Below, piece after piece: positions 24,066-37,492 of a stretch of DNA of 64,000 bases. The stretch is from Octopus bimaculoides (lineage: Eukaryota). The stretch's first letter is position 1. The number at the start of each line of letters is the position of its first letter. Location of the stretch: contig NC_069003.1 in NCBI RefSeq assembly GCF_001194135.2, forward strand, positions 17,808,833-17,872,832, in the 5' to 3' direction. A program made the translations under genes and the position numbers. The notes under the pieces are model-generated. The model was not told the origin of the DNA, did not search any database, and saw only the letters and a list, made by a program, of their open reading frames with translations.

Positions 24066-24920
24066 NNNNNNNNNNNNNNNNNNNNNNNNNNNNNNNNNNN
24101 NNNNNNNNNNNNNNNNNNNNNNNNNNNNNNNNNNNNNNNNNNNNNNNNNNNNNNNNNNNNNNNNNNNNNNNNNNNNNNNNNNNNNNNNNNNNNNNNNNNN
24201 NNNNNNNNNNNNNNNNNNNNNNNNNNNNNNNNNNNNNNNNNNNNNNNNNNNNNNNNNNNNNNNNNNNNNNNNNNNNNNNNNNNNNNNNNNNNNNNNNNNN
24301 NNNNNNNNNNNNNNNNNNNNNNNNNNNNNNNNNNNNNNNNNNNNNNNNNNNNNNNNNNNNNNNNNNNNNNNNNNNNNNNNNNNNNNNNNNNNNNNNNNNN
24401 NNNNNNNNNNNNNNNNNNNNNNNNNNNNNNNNNNNNNNNNNNNNNNNNNNNNNNNNNNNNNNNNNNNNNNNNNNNNNNNNNNNNNNNNNNNNNNNNNNNN
24501 NNNNNNNNNNNNNNNNNNNNNNNNNNNNNNNNNNNNNNNNNNNNNNNNNNNNNNNNNNNNNNNNNNNNNNNNNNNNNNNNNNNNNNNNNNNNNNNNNNNN
24601 NNNNNNNNNNNNNNNNNNNNNNNNNNNNNNNNNNNNNNNNNNNNNNNNNNNNNNNNNNNNNNNNNNNNNNNNNNNNNNNNNNNNNNNNNNNNNNNNNNNN
24701 NNNNNNNNNNNNNNNNNNNNNNNNNNNNNNNNNNNNNNNNNNNNNNNNNNNNNNNNNNNNNNNNNNNNNNNNNNNNNNNNNNNNNNNNNNNNNNNNNNNN
24801 NNNNNNNNNNNNNNNNNNNNNNNNNNNNNNNNNNNNNNNNNNNNNNNNNNNNNNNNNNNNNNNNNNNNNNNNNNNNNNNNNNNNNNNNNNNNNNNNNNNN
24901 NNNNNNNNNNNNNNNNNNNN

Positions 24921-25246
24921 NACTTGGCTTGCCGGGTCTTCTCACGCACAGCCCATTTCCAAAGGTCTCGGTCCGTAGTCATCGCCTCGGTGAGGCCCAA
25001 TGTACGAAGGTCTTGCCTCACCACCTCAGCCCAGGTCTTCCTGGGCCTACCTCTTCCACGGGTTCCCTCAACTGTTAGGGTGTGGCACTTTTTCACGCAG
25101 CTATCCTCCTCCATTCTCACCACATGTCCATACCAGCGCAATCGTCTCTCTTGCACGCCACAACTGATGCTTCTAATGTTCAGCTTTTCTCTCAAGATAC
25201 TTACACTCTGACGGGTATTCACATTGACATTACACATCCATGACAT
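24921..25246 (-). mobile_element. RTE-clade LINE 3' fragment
   Basis: ERRLRWYGHVVRMEEDSCVKKC...GRGRPRKTW; same family as 9280-9567. Confidence 0.9.
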
Positions 25247-25384
25247 TACACATATATATATATATTGTATATATATATTTGATATATATATATGTATATA
25301 TATATATATTGTATATATATATTACAGATATATATTATATATATATTTGATATATATATATATATATATATAAATATTTTATAA

Positions 25385-26158
25385 TTATAATAAGGGCTTC
25401 GCTTGCGCCTTGCCACGCACTGAAAAATAGACGTCAAAAGATACTATTACCACAATAAATTCTCCGAGAAAAACTCACTGCATAATTGGCTAGTAGAAGA
25501 AAGAAAATGAATTAAAGCTTTGGTTAACTGCGTACATGATCGTGTTTCAGGCTTAAAGTAATAAAAAACATTGCCTTTTTGCCTTCATCAGTGCTGGTAT
25601 ACCCAGGCATATAAATACGAGTGGCCACAGATATGTAAGCGAGCTGCTGCTTCGCTTAGCTTATAACCGTTGAGACTCGCAGAGATATGCTGCAAAGTAG
25701 AATTCATATCCTTTTCTTATAGCCATGTGCAGTGTGTTAAAGATCGAGTCTGCAGTTAATACAGTTTTGATCAAGGAGTAAATATTTTTTTCAAATATTA
25801 ATTATCATAATAATAAAGGGTAAAATCATAAATGATTTTTACCAAGTGGTCAGCACGGAAATAAAACCTCATAGGTAAATTTTATAAATATTTTATAATT
25901 ATATACATAATTGTAACAAGGGCTTGGCTTGCGCCTCACCACGCACTGAAAAAGACGTCAAAAGACACTATTACCACCATAAATTCTCCGAGAAAAACAC
26001 ACTACATAGTAGGCTTATAATTATGTATATAATTATAGGTTATAATTATATATATAATAGGTTATAATTATGTATATAATTATAAAATATTTATAAAATT
26101 TACCTATGAGGTATTATTTCCGCGCAGACCACATGGTAAAAATGATTTATGATTTTAT

Positions 26159-26160
<2 letters not shown>
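25385..26160 (-). mobile_element. PLE pseudo-LTR-like element with direct and inverted duplications
   Basis: Direct repeat about 25390-25480 and 25918-26005; inverted repeat about 25822-25915 and 26063-26157; hammerhead motif inside. Confidence 0.5.
25527..25597 (-). ncRNA. Hammerhead ribozyme-like motif, canonical core
   Basis: Reverse complement CTGATGA-AGGC...GCCT-GAAA-CACGATCATGT-A; stem III is one change from the palindrome ACACGATCGTGT; stem I degenerate. Confidence 0.55.
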
Positions 26161-26217
<57 letters not shown>

Positions 26218-26259
26218 GAGAGCGAGAGAGAGATTTTAAGTATATATATTATATTTATA

Positions 26260-27507
26260 CACAGACATGAAAGAAGTAAATAGACACCCCTATAATCATT
26301 AGAATTTATTTAAATCTGAAATTATAAATTCAAATTATTTGTTAGTTGTTATAATGTGAACATTTGGTATTTAGTACACATGCTCTTTGCATTTTTCAAT
26401 GCAAGGGCCCTATTAGGCATGTTACTGATCAGATGGTGAATATTCTCTTACGGAATTTCTTACTAAGTTACATGCAATAATCTCAAAAGGTCTGGCTTTG
26501 AAGATACTTTCTTGTTCTGTTTATGAAATGTCCTGTCCATTATGCCCAGAGGTGTTCTATAAGGTTCATATCTGGTGACTGGCTTGGCTTTGGAAGCTTT
26601 CTAATGCCATTCGTTTCCAACAATCTTGGGTCATTTTAACCGTGTGACAAGGAATCCCATCTTCCATAAATAGAGTCTTCTTTAATCATTTCACCACTGG
26701 AGAAGTTTGGAAGGAGTCCTTTCTGCAATATGGACACATATTTATTTGAGTTTATCTTTCTCTCACACTCCACCAGCTCTGATCAACCATTGCTCCAAAT
26801 TGTTCCCCAGACCATCACAGAATAGCTGCTGTGTTTCATTGCTGGTTGCAATCTTTTCACATCAAATTCTTAATCACAGAGTCTCCAGACCCACACTTGA
26901 CCACTGTTAGGAAATACAGCATATCTGGACTCATCAAAGAATATGACAGTGTCCCAAAATGCTAATGGCCTCTCCACCATCTTGCTGACCCAGTTTTTTC
27001 TCCGCTTCATATTGGCTGGTCAAAGATGTGACTTCCTTCTTCCTGCTCTGCCATAGTAACCAAGTTTGTGGAGATACCTGACAGCTGTTCTGGGACTGAC
27101 ATCAACTTGCTCTGCCATGTTAGAGGTCTTGCAACGAGAATTATCCTCCACATTTCTCTTAGCAAAGAGAAGGGTCCTGTCTGAGGGCCCTGGTTGATCT
27201 GGACAAGGTGATGTGGACTCCTTCCCCTCTCTGGTGAATTTCACAATCACTCTATTAACTGTAGAAAGCAGGATCCCAAGGTTTTCTAAGATTTTACTCT
27301 ATATCCACCTTCAGAATGACCCACAATACAGCCTCTTTGAAATTCAGACAGTTCTAAGGCTTCTTTTGTACATGGCATGATTAAAAACAGTCACATATAT
27401 AATCTGAAACATAAAAATGTCAATTAATAAGAAATATAAACCTTTACAAGTTAGAATAAACAGAAAACGATGTTTTATTGGGTGTCTAGTTACTTCTAAC
27501 ATGTGTG
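26260..27507 (-). mobile_element. Tc1-like DNA transposon, full length, inactivated
   Basis: Imperfect TIRs ending AGAAGTAA(A/C)TAGACACCC, TA on both sides; transposase from 27378 (MPCTKEALELSEFQRGCIVG, VIFFDES, VMVWG, IEHLW). Confidence 0.9.
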
Positions 27508-28017
27508 TATATAATATGTATTATAGGTGCAGTGTATTGTATATAATATATATCATATATGTGGTATATTATATATATATTATTAAAAATAGTCAGCGGC
27601 CTTTTAGCAATGAAATTGAAAATAAAAAAATCTTTTTTTTTAGTATTACATAGGCTTGCGGTATGATAAGGTTTGTCCTGACCTTGTATATGTATCCTAC
27701 CTCTCTATTCATCCTGGCGAATGGGGCCATTACTGTGATATGTATCAATTACAGTCTATCTAGCTATGGTGATGTGCTCCCGAAGTGGCCATAGATGATC
27801 TGTTCAGTTTAATCTGGGAAACCTTACTCATGAACTATTATATTCTATGTGGATGTATTTTTTGATTCGAAATATTTTACTCATGGATTATTACCTTTTG
27901 GTGTGAGTGAAGTAAAAATAACTTTTTAGTCGATTTATTCTTTATTTGTTTACCTGCTTTCTCAACTTTTTCAGCTTGACACATTTTTAGTATTTTAAGT
28001 ATTTTATAAATTCCACT

Positions 28018-29541
28018 TCATGCCACTGCTATGCCAATGTGTTTCATTTGGCGCAGTTTGGCCAGATGAAGGTTCATGACAAATATTTTGCCAGTTCCAC
28101 CTGGAGCATCCAGAAAGAAAAGACCTGCTCTTTCATTTTCAATGCTCAAAATATTGGTGTTATAACCACACAGATGGTCCTCCATCAGTTTGTGTTCTTT
28201 CTCAGCTATATATGCCGTCAGTTCCTCAATGTCATAGCTGATTTTTCGCAGGTACTCAATTGTGAGATTGTTTGATGCTTGCTCTGGTTGAGGCAGACCA
28301 AATGTGGAATTGCCTTGACCTCCCATAGCTTGCACTCAGGTGTCCAGGTCAAGTAATGTTTCATTGTAAACGGCGTTATTGAATGTGGTAATTTCTGTTG
28401 AGGTTTGCCTTTGATTCCTTTGTAGGATGTCCTCTGCCATGCTGGATTGTGGGTCACCCAAAGCTTGAGAAGTTCGTCCAAACCACATGTCATCAATATG
28501 ATAGGAAATAGCTAGCGCTGTTGACTTAGTGCTGTGCTGACTGCTGTCTCCTCCAGTGGCTGGTCCTGGTGAGCATCGTAGTCCATGTTTGGCACAGGCT
28601 TCTCTGTAGGTCGTGTAGACTTCCCCATTGTGTCTTTGAAAGTCTATGAATGATGTTGGACCTCTGATAGTGTGCACCAGTAGATGCAGAAAGAACTCCT
28701 GCTGATTAGGGTGTACAGTGTACACTCGCCCAATGGCCCCCCCCCCACCACTTCTGAAGACAGCATCTTCTTCCCAGTCCTCAACATGCGCTCCTTGCTT
28801 GCGTCTGTTCCATCTATTGTGTGCTCAGGGATAGTACACGGGGACTTCTACATACAACATTGTTTGGGCAAACAGATCACGTTGGCATAATTTGAAGAAA
28901 GCTGTCAAAGTGGTTTCTTGTGGATTCAGAACTACGTTTTGAGCATTGTCTTCTGTGAAATATACATACTGGCCATTTTCAAGATGTACAAATAGATTGT
29001 AAGAAGGTGTTCCTACATGTAAACAGGGTGTGACCTTTGTAATGATAGTGCATTTGTCTAAAAGCAGAACAGTTCTTCATGCAGTGCTTGTCAATTGGCT
29101 GAAGTGATTTGAAAGGCATCATCATTCATGGTATATTTGTGAATAAGTTACTTACTGGAATAAGGGGATCTATTGTTTAAAAGAAAATACTATTTACTTG
29201 TTTAAGGGTTGTACTGGATAAATTGCAAAAATACTTCTAACAGATCAAATACTAAGAAATAAACATACTCAACTTGATTTATACCAAATAATATAGGGAA
29301 ATGAATGGGTTATTTCCTTTGGCTGTTAAAATAAAATATACTACTTGTGTATAAAGATCCCTTCCAGGGGTCGTAGCCATCCAATTATAGATTTTTATTA
29401 AGCTTCAATGAGATTAGTAACAAAATTTATGTTACTATAGCATGTTTGCTAAGTTTTGCGAAAATTCGTTAATGGGTCTAGACAGCAACTTGATGCAAAT
29501 AGGCAAACAAACAGACAATTTGCTTTTATATAAGTAAAAGA
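28018..29541 (-). mobile_element. Helitron remnant (Rep/PIF1 helicase)
   Basis: FFLDAPGGTGK Walker A; YTVHP...IRGPTSF...TYREAC..HGL; 5'-end-like A|TCTTTTACTTATATAAAAG followed by TGTCTGTTTG on the minus strand. Confidence 0.85.
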
Positions 29542-30207
29542 TAAGATATATAATATTTATTTATTCATACTAGAATATAAGGATAAAATCATGTTAATGA
29601 TTTTTTATCAGGTAGTCAGCATGCAATAAAAATTTATAGGTAATTTATATATCAAATTAATAATCATATATATATGTATATAATCATATTAAGGGAGTAA
29701 GGGCAAAAAAAAAAAAAAGACAACCTATCTCCAACATGCTTGAAAATACTGAGGCATTCAGATACTACCAAAAAAACTCCCAAAATATACATAGATTGTA
29801 GGCGAGCGAGTGAAAAAACATTAAAAAGACTTTACATTAATTGTGGTCCAATTTCTAAATTAAAGCTGTAAAAACAGNNNNNNNNNNNNNNNNNNNNNNN
29901 NNNNNNNNNNNNNNNNNNNNNNNNNNNNNNNNNNNNNNNNNNNNNNNNNNNNNNNNNNNNNNNNNNNNNNNNNNNNNNNNNNNNNNNNNNNNNNNNNNNN
30001 NNNNNNNNNNNNNNNNNNNNNNNNNNNNNNNNNNNNNNNNNNNNNNNNNNNNNNNNNNNNNNNNNNNNNNNNNNNNNNNNNNNNNNNNNNNNNNNNNNNN
30101 NNNNNNNNNNNNNNNNNNNNNNNNNNNNNNNNNNNNNNNNNNNNNNNNNATATATATATATATATATAATTAATAATTTAATATATAATATATATTTATA
30201 TATTTTT

Positions 30208-30545
30208 TACACTTCTATTTGTTTCAGTCGTTTGACTGTGACCATGCTGGAGCACCACCTTTAGTTGAACAAATCAACCCTAAGACTTATTCTTTGTAAG
30301 CCTAGTACTTATTTTATTGGTCTCTTAAGCCGAACCGCTAAGTTATGGGGGCGTAAACACACCAACATCAGTTGTCAAGCGATGTTGGGGGGACAGACAC
30401 CTACACACATATATACAATGAGCTTCTTTCAGTTTCCGTCTACCAAATCCACTTGCAAAACACGCTCAAGGTGCCATGCAGTGTGACTGAACCCAGAACC
30501 ATGTGGTTGGGAAGCAAGCTTCTTACCACACAGCCACTCCTATGC
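30208..30545 (-). mobile_element. tRNA-derived SINE, family 1
   Basis: Matches other copies, with an internal deletion. Confidence 0.8.
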
Positions 30546-32419
30546 CTATATATATATATATNNNNNNNNNNNNNNNNNNNNNNNNNNNNNNNNNNNNNNN
30601 NNNNNNNNNNNNNNNNNNNNNNNNNNNNNNNNNNNNNNNNNNNNNNNNNNNNNNNNNNNNNNNNNNNNNNNNNNNNNNNNNNNNNNNNNNNNNNNNNNNN
30701 NNNNNNNNNNNNNNNNNNNNNNNNNNNNNNNNNNNNNNNNNNNNNNNNNNNNNNNNNNNNNNNNNNNNNNNNNNNNNNNNNNNNNNNNNNNNNNNNNNNN
30801 NNNNNNNNNNNNNNNNNNNNNNNNNNNNNNNNNNNNNNNNNNNNNNNNNNNNNNNNNNNNNNNNNNNNNNNNNNNNNNNNNNNNNNNNNNNNNNNNNNNN
30901 NNNNNNNNNNNNNNNNNNNNNNNNNNNNNNNNNNNNNNNNNNNNNNNNNNNNNNNNNNNNNNNNNNNNNNNNNNNNNNNNNNNNNNNNNNNNNNNNNNNN
31001 NNNNNNNNNNNNNNNNNNNNNNNNNNNNNNNNNNNNNNNNNNNNNNNNNNNNNNNNNNNNNNNNNNNNNNNNNNNNNNNNNNNNNNNNNNNNNNNNNNNN
31101 NNNNNNNNNNNNNNNNNNNNNNNNNNNNNNNNNNNNNNNNNNNNNNNNNNNNNNNTATATATATGACATAGGTTAGTAGAGTTAGTGGTTGGAATAACTG
31201 TCTAAAGGATAAGAATATCTGTTTTACTACCGGCATAAATTACCCATGTTAACTCTGGGCATGCAAGCATATTATTTTCATAGGGTACAGGCAATAACAA
31301 AAATAATCAAGAGTTTATCAGGAATCAAATTTAGTTTAAGCAGTAAATGGATAAATATGTTGTGAACAACATATTTAGAAGCTATAGGTTTCGTGTAATA
31401 GGAGTGGAGGAGCTAATTAGGTTTGTGTTTGGAATTTAAGTTGACATAAAATTTTGGTGAAAGGTTTTAATTTAGATCACTTGAAAACAGGGAGCTTGTA
31501 TGATAGAACTAGGTGTGCTTTCAGGCAGATTGCTATCAAAAGAGGTAACACAGGCAGTTTTCTGTCATGGAAGTAGAAATAGTGGAATAAAAAAAAATCC
31601 CTTACTTGAAAAAACAAGAGTTGGTGACAGCTCGCATAAAAATAAAACCTAGATGTTAAATGAGCAAACATTTTAAAACAGGTGGTTTTGTATTAGAAAA
31701 ATCTGAGGCAGTTTTAGACAGTTTGTTATCAAAAGAGTTAATATTGAATTAATTTTAGTGTTATAAATAAAAATTTAACATGCAAATTAAAGGCAACTAA
31801 TCATCTAACCACCAAATTTTATGTTTAAGTTATCTTATTCTTCTTTACTTTCTTTTCTCTTTTCCTTCCTTCCTTCTTCCTCCCTCTCTCTTTCTCACTT
31901 AGTTGCCAGAATAGAACAGCAGAATGCCACTAACCTTATTCTAAGTTAATCCTCTGGAGTTTAACTGAACTGGAATTTATTTTCTATTCCAGTTAGGTAA
32001 ATTGTAGGATGTCGTCATTTTCATTACAGTCTCATAACAGAGCCAGCCAAATATCCTCTACTCCAGCATTTCCCAACTATAGTTTCCTGGAACCTGTGAA
32101 GGCACATGGCTTAGTGGTTAGGGTATTTGACTTGTGAGTATAAGCTCAATTCCCAGTGGCCCATTGTGTCATTGTGCACGGCACTTTATTTCACATTGCT
32201 CCAGTCCAATCAGCTGGCAAAAATGAGTGGTGGTGGTGGTAGGGGGTAAGGGTGGCGGCAGTGTCAACGACAGTCCTGCTGCCTCTAGTTTATCTTATAA
32301 GACAGTGATGCCTGGTGGTTACCACTGTTGATTAGACAAGCATTCATTATAATAACCCTTTCTTGTGTAGGCACACAGCCTGAAATTTTAGGTGGTGGTG
32401 GGGGGCTAGTTGATTGCAG

Positions 32420-32570
32420 TGATCCCAGTGCTCAACTGGTACCTCTTTCATCAATCCCGAAAGGATAAAAGGCAAAGTCAACCTCAGCAGAATTTGAATT
32501 CACAATGTGCAGACAAAAAGTGCCAATAAGTATTTTGCCTGGCATGCTAATGATTCCGTGAGCTCACCAC
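32420..32570 (-). mobile_element. tRNA-derived SINE, family 3
   Basis: Reverse complement matches 58422-58660. Confidence 0.7.
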
Positions 32571-34908
32571 CTAAATAATGATAACTAAATTCATCAACCT
32601 GTTCATTGACACCAGCACAAAATAGTTACCTGAGGGACTTTTATGATGATTACAGCACACACCCTAAAACCTTACAAACAAACAAACAGTTCATTCTAAC
32701 AGTTGACAGAATATTTGTCTGTGTTTCTTAACAACCATTTGCAATTTTAGACAAACCCATAGCTTTTTCTTATGCTATCTCAATGTGTTTCTTTCATTTC
32801 TTCTCCATCTTAACTATCTTAAGAGTTGATAATTTGGACAAAACTGAAAGAAGGTTGTTGTTGTAGTTAGATATTTTCACTGTTCTGTGTGTCAGTGCAG
32901 GGAGGGTCCTAAAGTCCCTATGATGAATGTGCTTAAGAGGTTGGTTGGTTGGTGATGGTTATGATTTAGTCAAAAGATGAAGGACAGTTGCCATATTATT
33001 CTGCAGGGCTTGCTGAGACTGGTGATGAGAAAAGAAGGAAGATTTTGATATTCTTAAAGTGGAAACCCAATCTAAATACTTGCCACAGTGTAGACTCTGC
33101 TGAAGGCTTCTGAGAGCCAAATGATGGTGGTGACATTAAAATGGTCAATGGGTTACATCTACCATCCAAAAATATGGACAGCCCCATTCCATTCCTCATA
33201 GACAACCCCCAAGTCAATACCACATCTACAGATCCAGTCTATTCCACATGTATAACCCCAGCCCATTCCACATGGACAGCCCCCAATCTATTCTACATGT
33301 ACAAACCCAGTCCATTCGACAAGTTCCCTCACGGTTTCTATCAACTCAAGGTGCTGCATAGGAGAATTGAACCTGGACTCATTTAATTGTGAAGTGAACT
33401 TCTTAACCAGACAACCACGACCGCATCCATGTGTATTATATGCTACACCTGTCCTGGCTGCTGCCTCCTGGAATCAATCGCAACAACCAGTCATCACTGG
33501 GTATCAGACACTCCTTCACATCGATGACCCAGTTATGTCATTACCAATACAGAAACTACATCATATGATTCTGAACAGTTTAGTGGTTAGCCCGGGGGGG
33601 GGGGGTCAGAACAAGAAAAAAACTTTCACATTTAAATTTTTCTGTTGGAAGATGGATTGGCTGATGATGACGATGACAGTGATGATTTTTGCACATTTAT
33701 ATAATACTAATATAAATAGTTAACAGCTGAATACTATTATTTATTGCTAATTACTCATTCAGTCATTAATTCTTCATCATTAACAGCAGCATCACTAGCA
33801 CTACCATTATTGCCATCATCCATCATCATCAACACTATCATCTCCATCATTGCTTTACATTTGATATTTTTTCCCCCCCATTAAACTGAAGATTAAAATC
33901 AAAATAATAAGATGATTAATATGTCTTTACCAAATAGAACAGCATACTGATTTCAGGCTAACAAGGGAGAAGTCACTCAACTTGCTAGACATAGCAGCAA
34001 AACCCCTTCGAGTTCCACTCTCTCATCTTAACTCTTTTAAAACTATTTCTTTTAAATCGTTCATATATACATAAGGCGCAGACATGGCTGTGTGGTGAGA
34101 AGCTTGCCAACAAGTCTTGCGAGTGGATTTGGTAGATGGAAACTGAAAGAAACCTGTTGCATATATATCCTCATTTAATGTCTATTTTCCATGCCGACAT
34201 GGTTTGGATAGTTTGACAGGAGCAGGTAAGCCACAGAACTGCACCAAGCTCCACTGCTTCCTTTGACATGTTTTTTACTGTTGGATGCCCTTCCTAACGC
34301 CAACCACTTTACAGAGCGAAGTGGGTGCTTTTAACATGGCACCAGCATATACATGTGTGTATTTGTGCTTGTCCTTTACCACTGCTTGGCAACTGGTGTT
34401 GGATAAGTACCAGGTTTAAAAAAAAAAAAAAGTACTGGCGTCAATTTGTTCAACTAAAACCATTCATGGTGGTGCCCCAGCATAGCCACTCTCCTATGTC
34501 TGAAAAAAGTAAAAGATAAACAAAGATATAGTCAAAACCTTCCATTGTGTCATTTTATGGCATTTATTTTGATCCCTGGAATGATAAAATGCAAAGTTGC
34601 CCTCAGTAGGATCTGAACTCAGTGTGCCAAGCATCAAACAAATACAGAGGCATTTTGTCCAGCATTCTAATGATTCTGCCAATGTGTTGCCTATTGTTTT
34701 TGTGTTCCAAATCACTATATAATATACTAAACCCATGTTTATATTAAATTCCTTCAAATTCTTGATTATTTAATAAATGTATTCATACCAGCATGGAAGC
34801 TGAATATTAAAAGATGATGATGACAAAGTGAAGAGGAGGAGAATGAGGGTGGCATTGATAGTGATGATAATAGTGGTGGTGAGCATTCCATTGTGTCTTG
34901 TTGAAATG

Positions 34909-36206
34909 CGAGGTGGTATCCAAAAGTTCCTGGACCAGTTATGTTTAACAAAGAAAAAAATTTTACATAAGTTTTAACATCATCTCCTTCAAAATAGTCA
35001 CCTTGCACAACAATACACCAGTCTCAGCATTCCTACCACTTTTAGAACCCAGCCAGGAAGTTGTTTTCTGTAAGCGAGCTGAGGACCTTCTGCGATTTGC
35101 TCTGGATCTCAACAACAGTGTTAAAATGGCAAACTTTGAGCTGCATTTTCATCTTGGGGAAGAGATGGAAGTCCGCAGGTGATAAATCTGGCAAATAGGG
35201 CAGGTGCAGAAGTGATATTATGATTTTGGCAAGAAACTCATGAGTGAGGAGAGCTTGATGATACAATGCATTGCTGTTGTGAAGAATCCAATTCTTCACG
35301 CTCCACAGATCCAGTTGCTTTCTCCAAATGTCCTCTCTCAAATGCTTCAAAACATCACAGTAGAACTCTCGATCGATGGTCTGGCCTTGGGGTATGGATC
35401 CTCAATGTACATTACCGCAGATTTTGAAGAAAATGTTGAGCATGCCCTTGAATGAGCTGTGGCATTGTCATGCCTTCTTCAGTTGTGGAGATGAAGAGCT
35501 CTTCCATTGTGACGACTGCTGCTTCATCTCAGGGTTATACCTGTATGCCCAACTCTCTTTACAGGTGATGGTCTTCAACATGAAGGATTAGTCATCAGCA
35601 GCAGGCTGACGGAGATCTTGAGAGGCTTAGATGTGATGTTGTTTCTGCTCGGTGGTCAACAGGCAGGGGACAAACTTGGCAGAGACATACTACATGTTCG
35701 ATTCAGACATTAGGATTGCCTGCACAGACTCATATGACAGACCAACAACATCAGCAAAGTGATTGATTGTTCTCCAACAATCTTTATGTGCAAGCTGATG
35801 AATTTCCTCGCTCATGGCAGGTCTTCCAGATCACTCACCATCTTCCAGAGACATTCTTTCGCTTTTGAAGCGCTCGTGCCACCCAAAACATTGTGTATGA
35901 CCCATTGCCTCATTTCCTTAAGTTTTGCCAAAGCATGCTCAATGACTCTGTAGCAGACTTTCCAAGTTTAACACAAAATTTCACATTGGCTCTTTGTTCC
36001 TATTTCCTGTTCATAACAAACTTGCAGACTACTTGCATACACATGATCACAAAAACACAAATTTCACAGCTTGTAAATACAGCAATGTCACTTGGCACAC
36101 TGCCCCTCATGAAGATCACTGCTAGCTCTCACTGTGCACACAACTGTGTGCTTCCATTTGTTGGCATGCGACAGTATTTGTCCAGGAACTTTTTAATACC
36201 ACCTCA
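34909..36206 (-). mobile_element. Mariner transposon, full length, inactivated
   Basis: TIR (C/T)GAGGTGGTAT(CC/TA)AAAAGTTCCTGGAC at both ends; flanks TG and TA; motifs NVKFCVKLGKSAT, WILHNSNA, YLPDLSPADFHLFP, QGDYFEGD. Confidence 0.9.
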
Positions 36207-36224
36207 TATTGTTAAAAAAAATGT

Positions 36225-36470
36225 TCTTTTTTTCTGTTTTCAGTAAAGTGACTTCTGTATATCCCACTTCTTATTAAGGACAATGTCTATATCTGTGTTT
36301 TTGCTTTGTCTTCAGTAAAATGACTTGTAAAGCTTTTTTTTTCTGTTTTTAGTAATGTGACTTCTATATCTGATTTTTTTCTTCTTGTTTTCAGTAAAAT
36401 GGCTTTCTGTGTTTTCTTTTTTTATTTAACAATTTCTGTATCTGTTTTTTTTTCTGTTTTCAGTAAAATG
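36225..36470 (+). repeat. Degenerate tandem array of five acceptor-like units (TTCTGTTTTCAGTAAAATGACTT)
   Basis: Pyrimidine tract plus YAG ending at 36243, 36315, 36352, 36394 and 36463. Confidence 0.75.
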
Positions 36471-36514
36471 ACTTGTAAATCAACCAAGAAAAAGGAAAAG
36501 CCAACCAAATTCAC
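36464..36514 (+). CDS. Candidate 51-nt exon (KMTCKSTKKKEKPTKF), possibly the USP44/49 N-terminal linker
   Basis: Strong acceptor, donor AC|gtaaga; only one frame open; phase 2-2, compatible with the 44617 exon. Confidence 0.35.
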
Positions 36515-36554
36515 GTAAGAGTCCCCGTGTGGGTTTTTTCCCCTCTAAATATAG

Positions 36555-36830
36555 GCATAAGCATGGTAAGAAGCGTGCTTCCCAACAACACGGTACCAAA
36601 TTCAGTCCCACTGCAAGTGGCAAGTGTCTTCTATTATAGTCTCATGCTAACTAAAGCCTTGTGAATGAATTTGGTTGACAGAAACTGAAAGAAGCCCATC
36701 ATGTGTGTGTCATTGTGTATGTCTGCTCCTCACCACCACTTAACAACCGGTGTTAGTTTGTTTATGTCCCCATAACTTAGTGGTTCAGTAAAGAGAGACC
36801 AATGGAATAAAAATCAGGTTTTTAAAAAAT
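36555..36830 (+). mobile_element. tRNA-derived SINE, family 1, degenerate
   Basis: Head and body match other copies. Confidence 0.7.
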
Positions 36831-37112
36831 GTAGGTCTGAGACTGATAAAAGATAAAAGATATTCAACTTTATGTTAAAAGTCACTTTTTAAAAACCCCA
36901 CCCACTAGTCCTTTCTACCATAACAAACTGAGTTCCAAGATTTGTGTAGACCAGTAACTGAAGGGGTTGGCTATATTGGCTGTTTATATTACTTGATACT
37001 GAGTTTTAATCTTTGTTATCAGGGATTATTGTTGTTTGGGAATTAAGTGGGGTGAGCAGCTGGCAAACATCTCATTTATGTATGTGAGTATGTTTGTGTC
37101 TTTTATCTTTTT

Positions 37113-37492
37113 CTTTTACTTGTTTCAGTCATTAGACTGTGGCCATACTGGGGCACCAACTTGAAGAACTTTAAGCTGAATGAATCGACACCAGTACTTA
37201 TTTTTTTTAAGGTTTGGTACTTATTCTATCAGTCCTTTTTACCAAACCATTAAGTTATGGTGCTGTAAAGACACCAGCACCAGTTGTCAAGCAGTGGTGG
37301 TGGACAAACACAAACTCAAAGACATACACATATACAATGGGATTCTTTCAGTTTCCGTATACTAAATCCACTCACAAGACTTTGGTCAGCCTGAGGCTAT
37401 AGCAGAAGGCACTTGCCTAAGGTGCCACGCAGTGGGACAGATCCTGGAGCCATGTGGTTGGGAAGCAAAATTCTTAACACATAGCCACACCT
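37113..37492 (-). mobile_element. tRNA-derived SINE, family 1
   Basis: Full-length match. Confidence 0.8.

Noticed and set aside
31347-31387. MDKYVVNNIFRSY segment as the end of the ZnF-UBP domain or the start exon
   Set aside because: An in-frame stop lies immediately upstream and no Cys/His ligands are present; the resemblance may be chance
32823-32852. 30-nt phase 2-2 candidate exon (VDNLDKTER)
   Set aside because: Good pyrimidine tract but weak donor (gttgtt) and no homology support
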